Source: a virus (lineage: Duplodnaviria; Caudoviricetes). From it: DNA of 56,448 nucleotides. The stretch lies in the IMG/VR virus record IMGVR_UViG_3300046804_006442, positions 1 through 56,448 of that record. One strand, given 5' to 3'. Both the position numbers and the translations under genes were made by a program. The notes under the pieces were generated by a model, which had not been told where the DNA came from, ran no database searches, and saw nothing but the letters and a program-made list of their open reading frames with translations. Each line of letters starts with the position of its first letter. The stretch's first letter is position 1. This document shows, piece after piece, positions 1 to 9,933 of the stretch.

Positions 1-206
1 TGATAGGGTACAATACATTCGTGCCCATGATATCAGTACGCTTGCCTTATATCAGGCAGTTCAACTACAATACAGTGGTCAAGATCGACGATCATGATTT
101 TGCTGCGACCAATCCCGGAGTCTGGTGTCATAGGCTCCATGATTTACAGCGCACGGATTGCTTCACCGATTGGAGCGAATACAGCAAGGATGAGACACTG
201 AAATGA
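1..206 (+). CDS. 3' end of a conserved phage hypothetical protein (truncated by window edge)
   Basis: Frame is open back to the window start; its TGA overlaps the next ATG (ATGA 203-206). Confidence 0.6.
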   Translation, partial: IGYNTFVPMISVRLPYIRQFNYNTVVKIDDHDFAATNPGVWCHRLHDLQRTDCFTDWSEYSKDETLK

Positions 207-424
207 CACTCTGGGACGAAGAAGGTCTGTGGTTGTTTACCCCCGAAGAACTCAAGCAACTACCTGATGGGATCGAGCTCACATCGATCATGGGTGATAC
301 AGCCATCAAGGGAACCAACGAGATCGACGATGACACGAGATTTGGGCATACTGCCTGGGGCGTATATGACCCACTCAATCACAAATATGCGCATCTGTTC
401 ACTGTGTTTGGATTGAAGCGATGA
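203..424 (+). CDS. hypothetical protein
   Basis: ATGA-coupled at both ends. Confidence 0.65.
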   Translation: MTLWDEEGLWLFTPEELKQLPDGIELTSIMGDTAIKGTNEIDDDTRFGHTAWGVYDPLNHKYAHLFTVFGLKR

Positions 425-624
425 TAGATCTGGAATACGACTTCGAAGACCGCGCCCTAAATATCATCGAGATCGGCCTATGGTTAGACTCTAACATGCC
501 TAACCCCCCGTTACCGGAGCCGCAGCGTTGGACCATTGGCTACAGCACCGATGGTCGCGTGGGTGTGCGATTTGCCGAGGACCGGGACGCGACTGTCTTT
601 TGCCTGCGTTGGGGACGACACTAA
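421..624 (+). CDS. small hypothetical protein with C-terminal F..D.DA..F.LRW motif
   Basis: ATGA overlap upstream, TAATG overlap downstream. Confidence 0.65.
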   Translation: MIDLEYDFEDRALNIIEIGLWLDSNMPNPPLPEPQRWTIGYSTDGRVGVRFAEDRDATVFCLRWGRH

Positions 625-1094
625 TGGATCCAAGACAACAAGCTCTAGCCGAACAAACTGTTAAGACGATGCAACAGGCACAACGACGCATCTGGGTGAC
701 CTTCCAGCAGGAAGGCATCCATAAATATCCCGCAGCAGCCACGGATCCCAACCTGGCCACCGGAGATCAGTATGATGTATCGTTTCTTGCCCATCCTCAC
801 CGTCATGTGTTTCATTTCCGGGTGTGGATCGATGTGTTCCACAATGATCGGGACATCGAGTTCATCCAGTTCAAACGATGGCTCGTTTCGCTGTATCGTG
901 GTTCCGATTCCGTTCTAGAACTCGACTACAAAAGCTGCGAGATGATCGCAGACGACCTATATATCCAAATCACAGGCCGCTATCCAGGTCGCAACATATG
1001 GATAGAAGTATCCGAAGACGGCGAGAACGGATGCTTGATCAAGTATGAACAGCCGAAATTTCAATCAAACCCCTGGACTCTAATAGGAAACTAG
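624..1094 (+). CDS. QueD/6-pyruvoyl-tetrahydropterin synthase-like (T-fold) protein
   Basis: IWVTFQQEGIH..HPHRHVFHF..DRDIEFIQFKRWL..SCEMIA..IEVSEDGENG; His/Glu pattern of a PTPS-like fold; TAATG-coupled start. Confidence 0.7.
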   Translation: MDPRQQALAEQTVKTMQQAQRRIWVTFQQEGIHKYPAAATDPNLATGDQYDVSFLAHPHRHVFHFRVWIDVFHNDRDIEFIQFKRWLVSLYRGSDSVLELDYKSCEMIADDLYIQITGRYPGRNIWIEVSEDGENGCLIKYEQPKFQSNPWTLIGN

Positions 1095-1098
1095 TATC

Positions 1099-1317
1099 AT
1101 GGCAAAATTCAAATATACCCCCAACCCCCGCGCACAGGCAGTAATGGACGACCTGGAGAAATATCTCGGGTTCTGTCGAGATTACGGCTATCGTTACAAC
1201 GAGGCCGACCTGGGTAACTGGAAAAGTTACGCCTACCAACAATACAACAAATTCTTGGAGGGTAAACCCGCCAAGAATATGTGGGATCAACTGATCCGCG
1301 CAGTGCGGGGCGCCTGA
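1099..1317 (+). CDS. hypothetical protein
   Basis: AGGA upstream; TGATG coupling to next gene. Confidence 0.7.
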   Translation: MAKFKYTPNPRAQAVMDDLEKYLGFCRDYGYRYNEADLGNWKSYAYQQYNKFLEGKPAKNMWDQLIRAVRGA

Positions 1318-2555
1318 TGAGAAAGCTCTTTTACATGGGACTGGAGTCGTACGAATCACGATACACGCTCCAGCTCACCGAATGGAACCGTCGCGTATTT
1401 GAACGCCGCGGCTTGGACGTGGTCTATGTTCCAGGCTCCACCATCGATGACAGCCAAGCTATCTCGGTGGGTCAGGTCCTGGATGCACATGGGCGCAGCT
1501 ATTTTGCCATGAGCCAGATGATGAATCTGGTGGCGTGGATGCGTCGCGGTGAGGTCACCGCAGATGACGTGATCTACTTTGAAGACATGTTCCAGCCCGG
1601 TATGGAGAGCTTGCCTTACATCATGGATCAGGTCGCGCCCGAATACCGCCCGCGTGTGTTTGTACGCTGCTTGGCCCAGGCCATTGATCCCGATGATTTT
1701 GTGCACGTCTGGGGCATGAGCCGCTGGATGAGCCTGTATGAACAGATGTGCAACGAATTCGTCACTGGCGTGCTGGCTACTTCGGAAGAGATGGTGGCCC
1801 ATATGCGTATCGCGGGTTGGACTGCCCCGATCTATAACGTCTCAGGACTGGCCTTTGGCAAGGAAGAAGTCCAAGAGCGCATCGGTGGTGTGGCCAATAT
1901 CAAACCCTTTGCTCAGCGTCCCATGCGCGTGGGATTCGCTGCTCGCTGGGATCAGGAAAAACAACCTGACTTCTTTATGGATCTCGCGGAACACTGGCAC
2001 GAGCATGGGTTGAATCCAGTAGAGTTCGCTATCTATCAAGGTGGCACTCTGCGCAGCAACAACCACAAGTATGTGATCCGGGCGCGCCAGCTGGCCGAGC
2101 AGGGCAAACTGCGCATCTATGAGAATCTCTCCAAGAACCAGTATTACCAACTGCTGAACGATACCAGGGTGCTGTTCAACTGTGCCCTGCAGGATTGGGT
2201 CAGCAATACTGTGAGCGAAGCCGACGCTCTGGGTGCCAACGTGCTGTATCCGGCATATCGCAGTTTCCCCGAGACGTTTGCCAACGACGCTGAACGCATG
2301 TATATTCCCTGGAGTCAAGATGATGCTGCTCGCAAGCTGGATCGCTTGTTGATCCGCCCGCATGCCAATCAAGGCTTGATCTCAGACTGGACCAATGGTA
2401 CCATCGACCGTATCGTGGACATCATGGAAACAGCCGGTACGACACAGGAAGATGGTATGGGATGCCAGGCCACTACTTGGTATCGCGGGGGAAATAGATA
2501 TCGTGATCATGTGGCCAAACCCAAATACCAACTCAACAACGGGAACACTCAATGA
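1317..2555 (+). CDS. GT-B fold glycosyltransferase
   Basis: GFAARWDQEKQP and QDWVSNTVSEADALG..YPAYRSFPE motifs typical of the GT4-like C-terminal domain. Confidence 0.8.
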   Translation: MRKLFYMGLESYESRYTLQLTEWNRRVFERRGLDVVYVPGSTIDDSQAISVGQVLDAHGRSYFAMSQMMNLVAWMRRGEVTADDVIYFEDMFQPGMESLPYIMDQVAPEYRPRVFVRCLAQAIDPDDFVHVWGMSRWMSLYEQMCNEFVTGVLATSEEMVAHMRIAGWTAPIYNVSGLAFGKEEVQERIGGVANIKPFAQRPMRVGFAARWDQEKQPDFFMDLAEHWHEHGLNPVEFAIYQGGTLRSNNHKYVIRARQLAEQGKLRIYENLSKNQYYQLLNDTRVLFNCALQDWVSNTVSEADALGANVLYPAYRSFPETFANDAERMYIPWSQDDAARKLDRLLIRPHANQGLISDWTNGTIDRIVDIMETAGTTQEDGMGCQATTWYRGGNRYRDHVAKPKYQLNNGNTQ

Positions 2556-3505
2556 AAGTATTAGTAACAGGAGCAGCTGGCTACATAGGTGGCCAGACTG
2601 TGCTACATCTCCGGGATCGTGGCCACGAGGTAGTGGGGCTCGATCTCCGGGCACCCAGCGATGCGATCCGGGCTGCCAGCCAGGAATTCATGATCGCGGA
2701 TATCTCGCATTACATCACGTCTGAACGATTACGTACCGATCAATTTGATGCTGTGATACACTGCGCCGGTACCAGCTTGGTTGGACCCAGCATGCGTAAT
2801 CCCCGGGAATATTACGAAAACAATTTCGTCAAGACCCAACAGTTGGTGGAACATCTGCTGGAGAATAGTTCCAGCACTAGATTTATATTCAGCAGCTCGG
2901 CCAGTGTGTATGGCAATCCAGTCATGACACCTTGCAGCGAGGTCGACCTGATCATGCCCATGTCACCTTATGGCGAGAGCAAGGCCATGATCGAATGGAT
3001 GCTGGCCAGCTATGCCAAAGCGTACCGGCTGGATTCGGTTTCGTTCCGTTATTTCAACGCATGTGGTGCTGATCCACAGGCCCGTCATGGTCAAGAAGCA
3101 GCAGCCACGCATATCATAGCCAGAGTCCTGGAAAGTATCCGGGATCACGCACCATTTACCATATATGGTGATCAGTATCCCACCTTTGATGGTACCTGCG
3201 TACGTGACTATGTGCATGTAGCCGATATTGCCGAAGCACATTGCCGAGCCTTGGATCGCCAGGTCCAGGCCGGAGTATATAACCTAGGAACCGGTGAGGG
3301 ACACAGCGTGAGAGAAATCATCGATGAAGCATGCCGGGTAACCGGTCGTGACGTTGAAGTCATCACTGGAGAACCACGTGCCGGTGATCCACCGGAATTG
3401 ACCGCCACGGCGGCCAAATACGCCCGAGAATCAGGATGGAAGACCACATACAAATTGTCTGAGATAATCTCACATGCCTGGGCATGGTATCAGAAATCCC
3501 GGTAA
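2552..3505 (+). CDS. galE: UDP-glucose 4-epimerase
   Basis: TGAAGYIG, FSSSASVYG, YGESK, RYFNACGA, DGTCVRDYVHV. Confidence 0.9.
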   Translation: MKVLVTGAAGYIGGQTVLHLRDRGHEVVGLDLRAPSDAIRAASQEFMIADISHYITSERLRTDQFDAVIHCAGTSLVGPSMRNPREYYENNFVKTQQLVEHLLENSSSTRFIFSSSASVYGNPVMTPCSEVDLIMPMSPYGESKAMIEWMLASYAKAYRLDSVSFRYFNACGADPQARHGQEAAATHIIARVLESIRDHAPFTIYGDQYPTFDGTCVRDYVHVADIAEAHCRALDRQVQAGVYNLGTGEGHSVREIIDEACRVTGRDVEVITGEPRAGDPPELTATAAKYARESGWKTTYKLSEIISHAWAWYQKSR

Positions 3506-3557
3506 TAATTGCTCACGACCTAAATAATATCTATAATGTATCTAACCGGAGACCGAG

Positions 3558-4388
3558 ATGAACCGTAAATTTCAACCCATATGGCCTAGCCCTCCCAAAC
3601 CAGAATTTCGTACCGATTATTTTCCGCAAGCCACCTACGACCAAGAGGAACAACCATTGTCTGACACCAATAATACCATCAACCCTACTCTGCTTCCCGA
3701 AGCATCTGTCAGTACACAAATTATCAACCGTATCAAAGCCGCGGATGGTAGATACTGGGCCGGTGACAACATCAGCCAGTGGATCCAACCCGGCGAACAC
3801 GAACGTTTGATCGACGAAGCCACCTGTGCGTTTGAACGGGTGTTAGACTGTTTGGTGATCGATCGCTACGATGATCCAAATTCGCGTGGTACTGCGCGGC
3901 GCTTGGCCAAGATGTATTTCAACGAGATCATGAGCGGACGTTACGAACCTGCTCCCAACTGCACCGCTTTTCCCAATGACAGCGAAGGTCGCTATGAGGG
4001 TATGCTGGTGGTGCGTAGTGAGATACGCAGCATGTGCAGCCACCACCATCAACCAGTATCGGGCGTGGCCTATATAGGTATCATCGCTGCCCAAAAGCTG
4101 ATCGGGCTCAGCAAATACACGCGCATCGCCCAGTGGTGTGCGCGCCGTGGGACCTTGCAGGAAGAACTCTGCAATGATATCGCCCGCGAGATCATGCGCG
4201 TCACTGACAGCGCAGATGTGGGTGTCTATATCCAGGCCACCCATGGTTGCTGCGAGAATCGTGGTATCATGGCACATAGTTCTTTGACCCAGACCACAGT
4301 GCTGTCGGGTGTGTTCAAATCCGACAGCGGGGTCAAGAAAGAGTTTATGGACAATATCAAACTGCAACAGGAGTTTGCCCCGCGATGA
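3558..4388 (+). CDS. folE: GTP cyclohydrolase I
   Basis: SMCSHH, IGLSK, RRGTLQEEL, ATHGCCENRG. Confidence 0.95.
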   Translation: MNRKFQPIWPSPPKPEFRTDYFPQATYDQEEQPLSDTNNTINPTLLPEASVSTQIINRIKAADGRYWAGDNISQWIQPGEHERLIDEATCAFERVLDCLVIDRYDDPNSRGTARRLAKMYFNEIMSGRYEPAPNCTAFPNDSEGRYEGMLVVRSEIRSMCSHHHQPVSGVAYIGIIAAQKLIGLSKYTRIAQWCARRGTLQEELCNDIAREIMRVTDSADVGVYIQATHGCCENRGIMAHSSLTQTTVLSGVFKSDSGVKKEFMDNIKLQQEFAPR

Positions 4389-4681
4389 ACAGGACCGATG
4401 AAATACTGACTATCACCCAGGAAGAATGCGCCGAGATCATCCAAGTTATCAGCAAGATATTCCGTTTTGGCATCGGGAATCAACATCTAGCCAGCAATAC
4501 AGGTACCAACGTAGATAAACTCAACCAAGAAGTAGGAGATCTCCTGGCCATGCTGGATCTCCTGCGAGAGGAAGGTATACTTGATACCGCAAAGCTGGCG
4601 GAAGCCAAACAGCGAAAGATTGCCAAGCTCAAGATTTGGTCTGATATATATAAAGATAATCAAACCAAGGACCCAACATGA
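4385..4681 (+). CDS. MazG-like NTP pyrophosphohydrolase
   Basis: QEECAEIIQ..KIFRFG..LNQEVGDLLA. Confidence 0.75.
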   Translation: MNRTDEILTITQEECAEIIQVISKIFRFGIGNQHLASNTGTNVDKLNQEVGDLLAMLDLLREEGILDTAKLAEAKQRKIAKLKIWSDIYKDNQTKDPT

Positions 4682-4863
4682 TACTACTAACCGCTTTGAT
4701 GTGCGCATTACTGGGCTACCAAGTAACCATGCCTGCAGTAGATAATGCCAAATATACCTTTACTGTTTATGAGAACCATATCGTTCGCATGAACACCCAG
4801 AACGGTACATTTGAGACCTGTGACCGAAACCTTAAGTGTGCTTCAGTACAGCAAGAGAAATAA
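4678..4863 (+). CDS. small secreted/membrane hypothetical protein
   Basis: Hydrophobic N-terminus, ATGA-coupled. Confidence 0.6.
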   Translation: MILLTALMCALLGYQVTMPAVDNAKYTFTVYENHIVRMNTQNGTFETCDRNLKCASVQQEK

Positions 4864-4868
4864 ACCAC

Positions 4869-4935
4869 AGCGGACTTGGCGTCAACCCGCTTTACGAAAT
4901 TCTGCCGCCTATGCTATAATCTAACATAGGAGAAT
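4869..4935 (+). promoter_or_regulatory. candidate cis-regulatory RNA (pseudoknot vs SD-sequestering hairpin)
   Basis: AGCGG/CCGCT stem; loop GGCG can pair with CGCC 4906-4909; CCTATG 4908-4913 pairs with CATAGG 4925-4930, covering the AGGAGA SD. Confidence 0.45.
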
Positions 4936-4939
4936 CCAC

Positions 4940-5206
4940 ATGGCAGAATTTATCGTAGAAAAGACCAAAAACGGCTATCTAAGAAAAGAGTATCGTCCAA
5001 CATATGACCCATACTGCGAAGAAACCGATTGGTTCCGTACTTTTTCGATGCTTCCAAGAAATTGCGAAGTAACCGGAGAATCTTTGCTGTTCAAACCTGC
5101 ATATTGCCTGCGACGACAGATCACTGGCTATGATTCTCATGAAACGGAAACGCATTGGCACAGCCAGCAGGGTCATGTCCTCTACCTATTGCAAGGAAAG
5201 AAATAA
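4940..5206 (+). CDS. hypothetical protein
   Basis: AGGAGA SD; TAATG coupling to queD. Confidence 0.7.
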   Translation: MAEFIVEKTKNGYLRKEYRPTYDPYCEETDWFRTFSMLPRNCEVTGESLLFKPAYCLRRQITGYDSHETETHWHSQQGHVLYLLQGKK

Positions 5207-5685
5207 TGGCAAAATATATCAGTACCAAAACATATCGACAGATCGGACCCGTGGCTTACCGCCAATGGCGCGCTGATAGTCACTGCAATCTCATACATGG
5301 TTATGCACTCAGCTTCCATTTTGAATTTGAATGTGATACCCTAGATGCCCGGAACTGGTGCATGGATTTCGGGGGTCTCAAGCCACTCAAAGAAAAACTA
5401 GAGGAATGGTTCGACCATACTCTGCTGGTAGCCGAAGATGATCCTCAGCGCGAAGAATTGCTGCGTCTAGGTAAACTGGGCCTGGCCAAGATCACCGAAG
5501 TAGAACGTACTGGCTGCGAAGGCCTGGCAGCATTCCTGTATGAATATGTCAACACCATCTTCTTGCCCATGTATGGCGCCGAAGAAGCCCGGCGCATCTG
5601 GTGCTGTAAAGTAGAGGTAAGAGAAACTGACTCAAACATGGCCATGCGAGTAGGTCATAGAGAAGATGGGGAATTCAATGAGTAA
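5206..5685 (+). CDS. queD: 6-carboxy-5,6,7,8-tetrahydropterin synthase
   Basis: SHCNLIHGY, DFGGLK, FDHTLL, CEGLA, VEVRET. Confidence 0.9.
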   Translation: MAKYISTKTYRQIGPVAYRQWRADSHCNLIHGYALSFHFEFECDTLDARNWCMDFGGLKPLKEKLEEWFDHTLLVAEDDPQREELLRLGKLGLAKITEVERTGCEGLAAFLYEYVNTIFLPMYGAEEARRIWCCKVEVRETDSNMAMRVGHREDGEFNE

Positions 5686-6523
5686 ACAGTTTGACCTAAG
5701 CCTATTGCTGGCCACCCGGGGACGCACCGACGCCCTGAGTCGCAGCGTAGCCAGCGTGTTTGAGCTAGCAGACCATCCAGAAAAGATCCAGATACTGTTT
5801 GGGTTTGATCGCGATGATGCCCAGGGCTTGGCACACTGGAATCAAGTGCTGCGGCCATGGTTGGATCAACATGGACACAACTATATCGCCATGAAGTTCG
5901 AACCCATGGGCTATACCAGTCTGCATATCTATAACAACAAGATGGCCCAACAAGCCCGTGGCGAATGGTTTGTTATCTGGAACGATGATGCTGTGATGGA
6001 GACACAGGGCTGGGATACCGAGATCCTGCGCCATCGCGACGAATTCCGTCTGCTGGCCTTCCGTACACACCAAGATCATCCCTACAGCATCTTCCCTATA
6101 TTACCGCGCCAATGGTTTGACATGTTTGGCTACATCAGTCCGCACCCCACACAGGATGGTTGGTTGAGCCAACAGGCCTATATGTTGAATATCCTGGAGC
6201 GTATCCCGGCTTGGGTCAAGCACGACCGTTATGATCTTACCGGAAACAATCTCGATGAAACGTTCCGCAATCGACGTATGTTAGAGGGGCAGCTAGATGA
6301 TCCGCGAGATTTTCATAGCCCCCAACAGAACGAACTCAGGAATAGAGATGCGGCCAAGATAGCTGAATATCTCCGCAAAGAGCGTGGACAAGACATGAGC
6401 TTCTGGGACAACATCTGGACCGGCAAACAAGATCCCTGGGAGAAGCTCAAACTCAACGATATCAATCATCAGATGATGCAGTTTGATCCACGCGATCCCT
6501 CTACTTTTCCTGGCAGTAAATAA
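5678..6523 (+). CDS. GT-A (family 2-like) glycosyltransferase
   Basis: SLLLATRGR N-terminus, DRDD, IWNDD metal motif. Confidence 0.8.
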   Translation: MSKQFDLSLLLATRGRTDALSRSVASVFELADHPEKIQILFGFDRDDAQGLAHWNQVLRPWLDQHGHNYIAMKFEPMGYTSLHIYNNKMAQQARGEWFVIWNDDAVMETQGWDTEILRHRDEFRLLAFRTHQDHPYSIFPILPRQWFDMFGYISPHPTQDGWLSQQAYMLNILERIPAWVKHDRYDLTGNNLDETFRNRRMLEGQLDDPRDFHSPQQNELRNRDAAKIAEYLRKERGQDMSFWDNIWTGKQDPWEKLKLNDINHQMMQFDPRDPSTFPGSK

Positions 6524-6526
6524 GGC

Positions 6527-8536
6527 ATGACTTATAAGATAGCCTGGGTCCAGCCCAATTTCCAGCAAGGACCCAAGGAGTTCAATGCTTTCTATCTGCC
6601 CTATTCGGCCGGTGTGATCTGGAGTTATGCCTGCACCGATGAGTGGATCCGGGAAAATTTTGAGTGTACCGAGATGGTGTGGCGCCGGGAGGCTGTAGAA
6701 CCCGTGGCTGAGAGATTGGCCCGCAATGATGTGGTGGCCTTCAGCACCTATGTCTGGAACCATCAGTACAACTATACCCTGGCACGTCGAGTCCGAGAAC
6801 TCAATCCCCGATGCTTGATAATATTCGGCGGGCCCGAACCTGCCGTCACCCAGACCGATATATTCATCGAGAATCCGTTTATGGATCTGGTGGTATGTTT
6901 TGAAGGTGAGATCACCTTCCAGCGAGTGTTGCGGGCATTTGAACAACGTAACTGGCAGGACATACCCGGGCTATTGGTAAACGTCAATGGTCAAGCAGTC
7001 AATACTGGTGCAGCACGCCGTATAGAGACCTTGGACCAAGTACCCAGTCCCTATCTCACGGGAGTGTTTGATGATATCATTCGCGACAATCCCGGCATAG
7101 AATGGAATGGCACCCTGGAGACCAATCGCGGTTGCCCGTTCCAATGCACATTTTGCGATTGGGGTAGCCTGACCTACAACAAGGTCAAACAGTTTGAACT
7201 GCAACGTGTATTCGATGAGCTGGAATGGATGGCCCAACGTCGCTGCGGATTCATATCTATCACCGATGCCAACTTTGGTATGTTTGCCGAGCGCGACAAC
7301 CTCATAGCCGACAAGATCATCGAGATACAAGAGCAGTATGGTTATCCCAAGACCTTCTCGGTGGCCTGGGCCAAGAACCAAAAGCGCGAGGTCGTAGACA
7401 TAGTCAAGAAATTGTTGGATGCTCCGGGATTCAATCAAGGTCTGACTCTCAGTGTGCAGAGCCTGGACAATGGTGTGCTGGATAATATCCGGCGCCGCAA
7501 CATGGAGATGAGCCGCTTGGAAGAAGTGTTTGAGCTGTGCGAGCAGCGCAACATACCCACCTATACCGAGCTGATCTTGGGTCTGCCCGGCGAGAGCCTG
7601 GAGAGCTGGAAGGACAATTTCTGGCGCTTGTTCCGCATGGGCAACCATACCGGACTCACAGTGTTCCAGGCTCAGCTGCTGGAAAACGCCGAGATGAACC
7701 TGGTCCAGAAACAACAGTATGATATACAAGCCCAGAGAGTCACCGACTACTTTTCGGGCAGCTACAGCAATGAGCACGTAGAAGAAGGCATCGATATCGT
7801 GATCAGCACACGAGACATGCCTTTAGAAGCCATGCTGGATGCCGAGGTGTTCAGCTGGTTCATCAATACCTGGCATATCAACGGTATCAGTACCATCGTC
7901 AGCAGATTCCTGTACAAGTATATAGGGGTAGATTACAGCGAGTTCTATTCGGATCTGTTCGATGCCTTGCAGAATGATCCTTGGCTCCTGGACGAACAAA
8001 ACGAAATCCGGAGGTATTACCATAACTGGATGACGCAGGGACGTATACAACACCCCAACATCGGTGGTATCGAGATCCATGGCTGGAACCTCATACATCG
8101 CACGGTCTTGAACATGCATGTAGAACATCAATATGAGCGTATGTTCGATTTTCTGGAAAATTTCGTGCAGCGTTACGGTATATCACCGGACATCATGCAT
8201 GACGTCATGCAGTTCCAACGCCGATATCTGGTGGTATACGATCAGATAGCAACCTATCCCAAAGAATTGACCCTGGGATATAACGTCTGGGAATATATCA
8301 CCGGGGACCAAGGGCTGCGCCGGGCGCCGGCACATTATCTCATGGATTTTCCCGAAGACAAGAGCATGAGCTTCCCGCGCTTCCTGGAACTTTTTTATTT
8401 TGCTAGACGACGTAACTTTGGAAAGACAACCGTAGAGAGAATCGACAATGAAACAGACACAACTAACATGGCACGACGTGGAACGCTACACCCAGGCGCT
8501 TTGCCGGGAAATGACCCTGGAGCAATGGCGTCCTGA
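6527..8536 (+). CDS. B12-binding domain radical SAM protein
   Basis: FSTYVWN, GGPE, FEGE, ETNRGCPFQCTFC (CxxxCxxC), DANFG, ELILGLPGE. Confidence 0.9.
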   Translation: MTYKIAWVQPNFQQGPKEFNAFYLPYSAGVIWSYACTDEWIRENFECTEMVWRREAVEPVAERLARNDVVAFSTYVWNHQYNYTLARRVRELNPRCLIIFGGPEPAVTQTDIFIENPFMDLVVCFEGEITFQRVLRAFEQRNWQDIPGLLVNVNGQAVNTGAARRIETLDQVPSPYLTGVFDDIIRDNPGIEWNGTLETNRGCPFQCTFCDWGSLTYNKVKQFELQRVFDELEWMAQRRCGFISITDANFGMFAERDNLIADKIIEIQEQYGYPKTFSVAWAKNQKREVVDIVKKLLDAPGFNQGLTLSVQSLDNGVLDNIRRRNMEMSRLEEVFELCEQRNIPTYTELILGLPGESLESWKDNFWRLFRMGNHTGLTVFQAQLLENAEMNLVQKQQYDIQAQRVTDYFSGSYSNEHVEEGIDIVISTRDMPLEAMLDAEVFSWFINTWHINGISTIVSRFLYKYIGVDYSEFYSDLFDALQNDPWLLDEQNEIRRYYHNWMTQGRIQHPNIGGIEIHGWNLIHRTVLNMHVEHQYERMFDFLENFVQRYGISPDIMHDVMQFQRRYLVVYDQIATYPKELTLGYNVWEYITGDQGLRRAPAHYLMDFPEDKSMSFPRFLELFYFARRRNFGKTTVERIDNETDTTNMARRGTLHPGALPGNDPGAMAS

Positions 8537-8996
8537 TTATGTGGTAGGACTTACTCGTGGCGGTCTGACCCCGGCCGTGATGGTCAGCCAGTATCTGGAT
8601 ATACCCATGTACGCGCTCAAGGTCAGCTTGCGTGATGCTGTAGAGGATTGCGAAAGCAATCTCTGGATGGCCGAAGAAGCATTTGGTTACGTAAACCAAG
8701 AGGACCAACAGCAAATAGGTAGCCGCTGGGATCCATATCTACGTAAGAATATCTTGGTACTAGACGACATCAATGATTCGGGGGCCACTTTCAATTGGAT
8801 CCGGGATGATTGGCAATCTAGCTGTATGCCCGCCGAGACCGAGGCCTGGAAAACGGTATGGAATCACAACGTACGATTCGCGGTATTGGTCAATAATGAG
8901 ACCAGCGGATTCAAAGATATCGATTACTCGGCCCTGACTGTGAACAAACTGGAAGATCCGCAATGGATCATCTTTCCCTGGGAACAATGGTGGTAA
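8448..8996 (+). CDS. purine phosphoribosyltransferase (Gpt/Hpt-like)
   Basis: VVGLTRGG, ILVLDDINDSGAT PRPP motif, WIIFPWE end. Confidence 0.85.
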   Translation: MKQTQLTWHDVERYTQALCREMTLEQWRPDYVVGLTRGGLTPAVMVSQYLDIPMYALKVSLRDAVEDCESNLWMAEEAFGYVNQEDQQQIGSRWDPYLRKNILVLDDINDSGATFNWIRDDWQSSCMPAETEAWKTVWNHNVRFAVLVNNETSGFKDIDYSALTVNKLEDPQWIIFPWEQWW

Positions 8997-9036
8997 AACT
9001 GTTGATTTCTCCGCGCAAGACCTATATACTTGTATC

Positions 9037-9897
9037 ATGAAAATCAAAATCTCCGAAATATTCTATTCAGCACAGGGCGAAGGTCGCTTCGTAGGTGTAC
9101 CTTCGGTATTCATGCGCACGTTCGGCTGTAACTTTACCTGCGGTGGGTTTGGTATGCCCCCAGGACAAGTCAGCCGCGAACGCGATGCAGTCAATCCCGA
9201 TCGTTATGAAACCTTCGATAGCCTGCCCTTGGTCTCCACTGGTTGTGACAGCTATGCTAGCTGGGATCCGCGCTTCAAACGATTTAGCCCCAGCCTTGAG
9301 ATCGACGAGATCGTAGCGCGTATGCTACGACTAACTCCCAACAATCGCTGGCAGCAGGCCAATGGCAATCGTGTACATCTGGTCATAACTGGTGGTGAAC
9401 CCTTGCTGGGATGGCAACGAGCCTATCCAGAATTGCTGTCACATAGCAGTATGTCAGACCTCCGGGACATCACGTTTGAGACCAACGGTACCCAGCCCTT
9501 GCATGATGCCTTGTACGATTACTTCTGGAACCGTGTGACCCTGCAGGGCCGGCGCAGGACTAACCTTACTTTCTCGGTCAGTGCCAAATTGCCGGTAAGT
9601 GGTGAGGCCTGGAGTGATGCTATATGCCCCGAGGTAGTACGCGAGTATGATAACTTGGGGCATACCTATCTCAAGTTCGTGGTAGAAAAGGCCCAGGACT
9701 TTGAGCTAGTGGATCAAGCCGTGAGCGAGTATCGAGCGGCTGGGTTCGGTGGTGAAGTCTATGTCATGCCCGTGGGTGGCGTGGTATCTGTGTATGATGG
9801 CAATCGGATCAACGTAGCCGACGAAGCCATGCGCCGTGGCTATTACTACAGCCCTAGAATACATATTGACATCTGGGGTAATGCCTGGTCAAAATAA
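9037..9897 (+). CDS. queE: 7-carboxy-7-deazaguanine synthase (radical SAM)
   Basis: ISEIFYSAQGEG, FMRTFGCNFTC...GCDS, VITGGEPL, FETNGT, SPRIH. Confidence 0.92.
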   Translation: MKIKISEIFYSAQGEGRFVGVPSVFMRTFGCNFTCGGFGMPPGQVSRERDAVNPDRYETFDSLPLVSTGCDSYASWDPRFKRFSPSLEIDEIVARMLRLTPNNRWQQANGNRVHLVITGGEPLLGWQRAYPELLSHSSMSDLRDITFETNGTQPLHDALYDYFWNRVTLQGRRRTNLTFSVSAKLPVSGEAWSDAICPEVVREYDNLGHTYLKFVVEKAQDFELVDQAVSEYRAAGFGGEVYVMPVGGVVSVYDGNRINVADEAMRRGYYYSPRIHIDIWGNAWSK

Positions 9898-9933
9898 CCC
9901 ATTCGTTGATAAATATGTAACAAAGGATGGGGT

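Noticed and set aside
8448-8536. 89-bp overlap between the radical SAM and PRTase genes
   Set aside because: Likely a non-conserved C-terminal run-on of the radical SAM gene; no sign of recoding.
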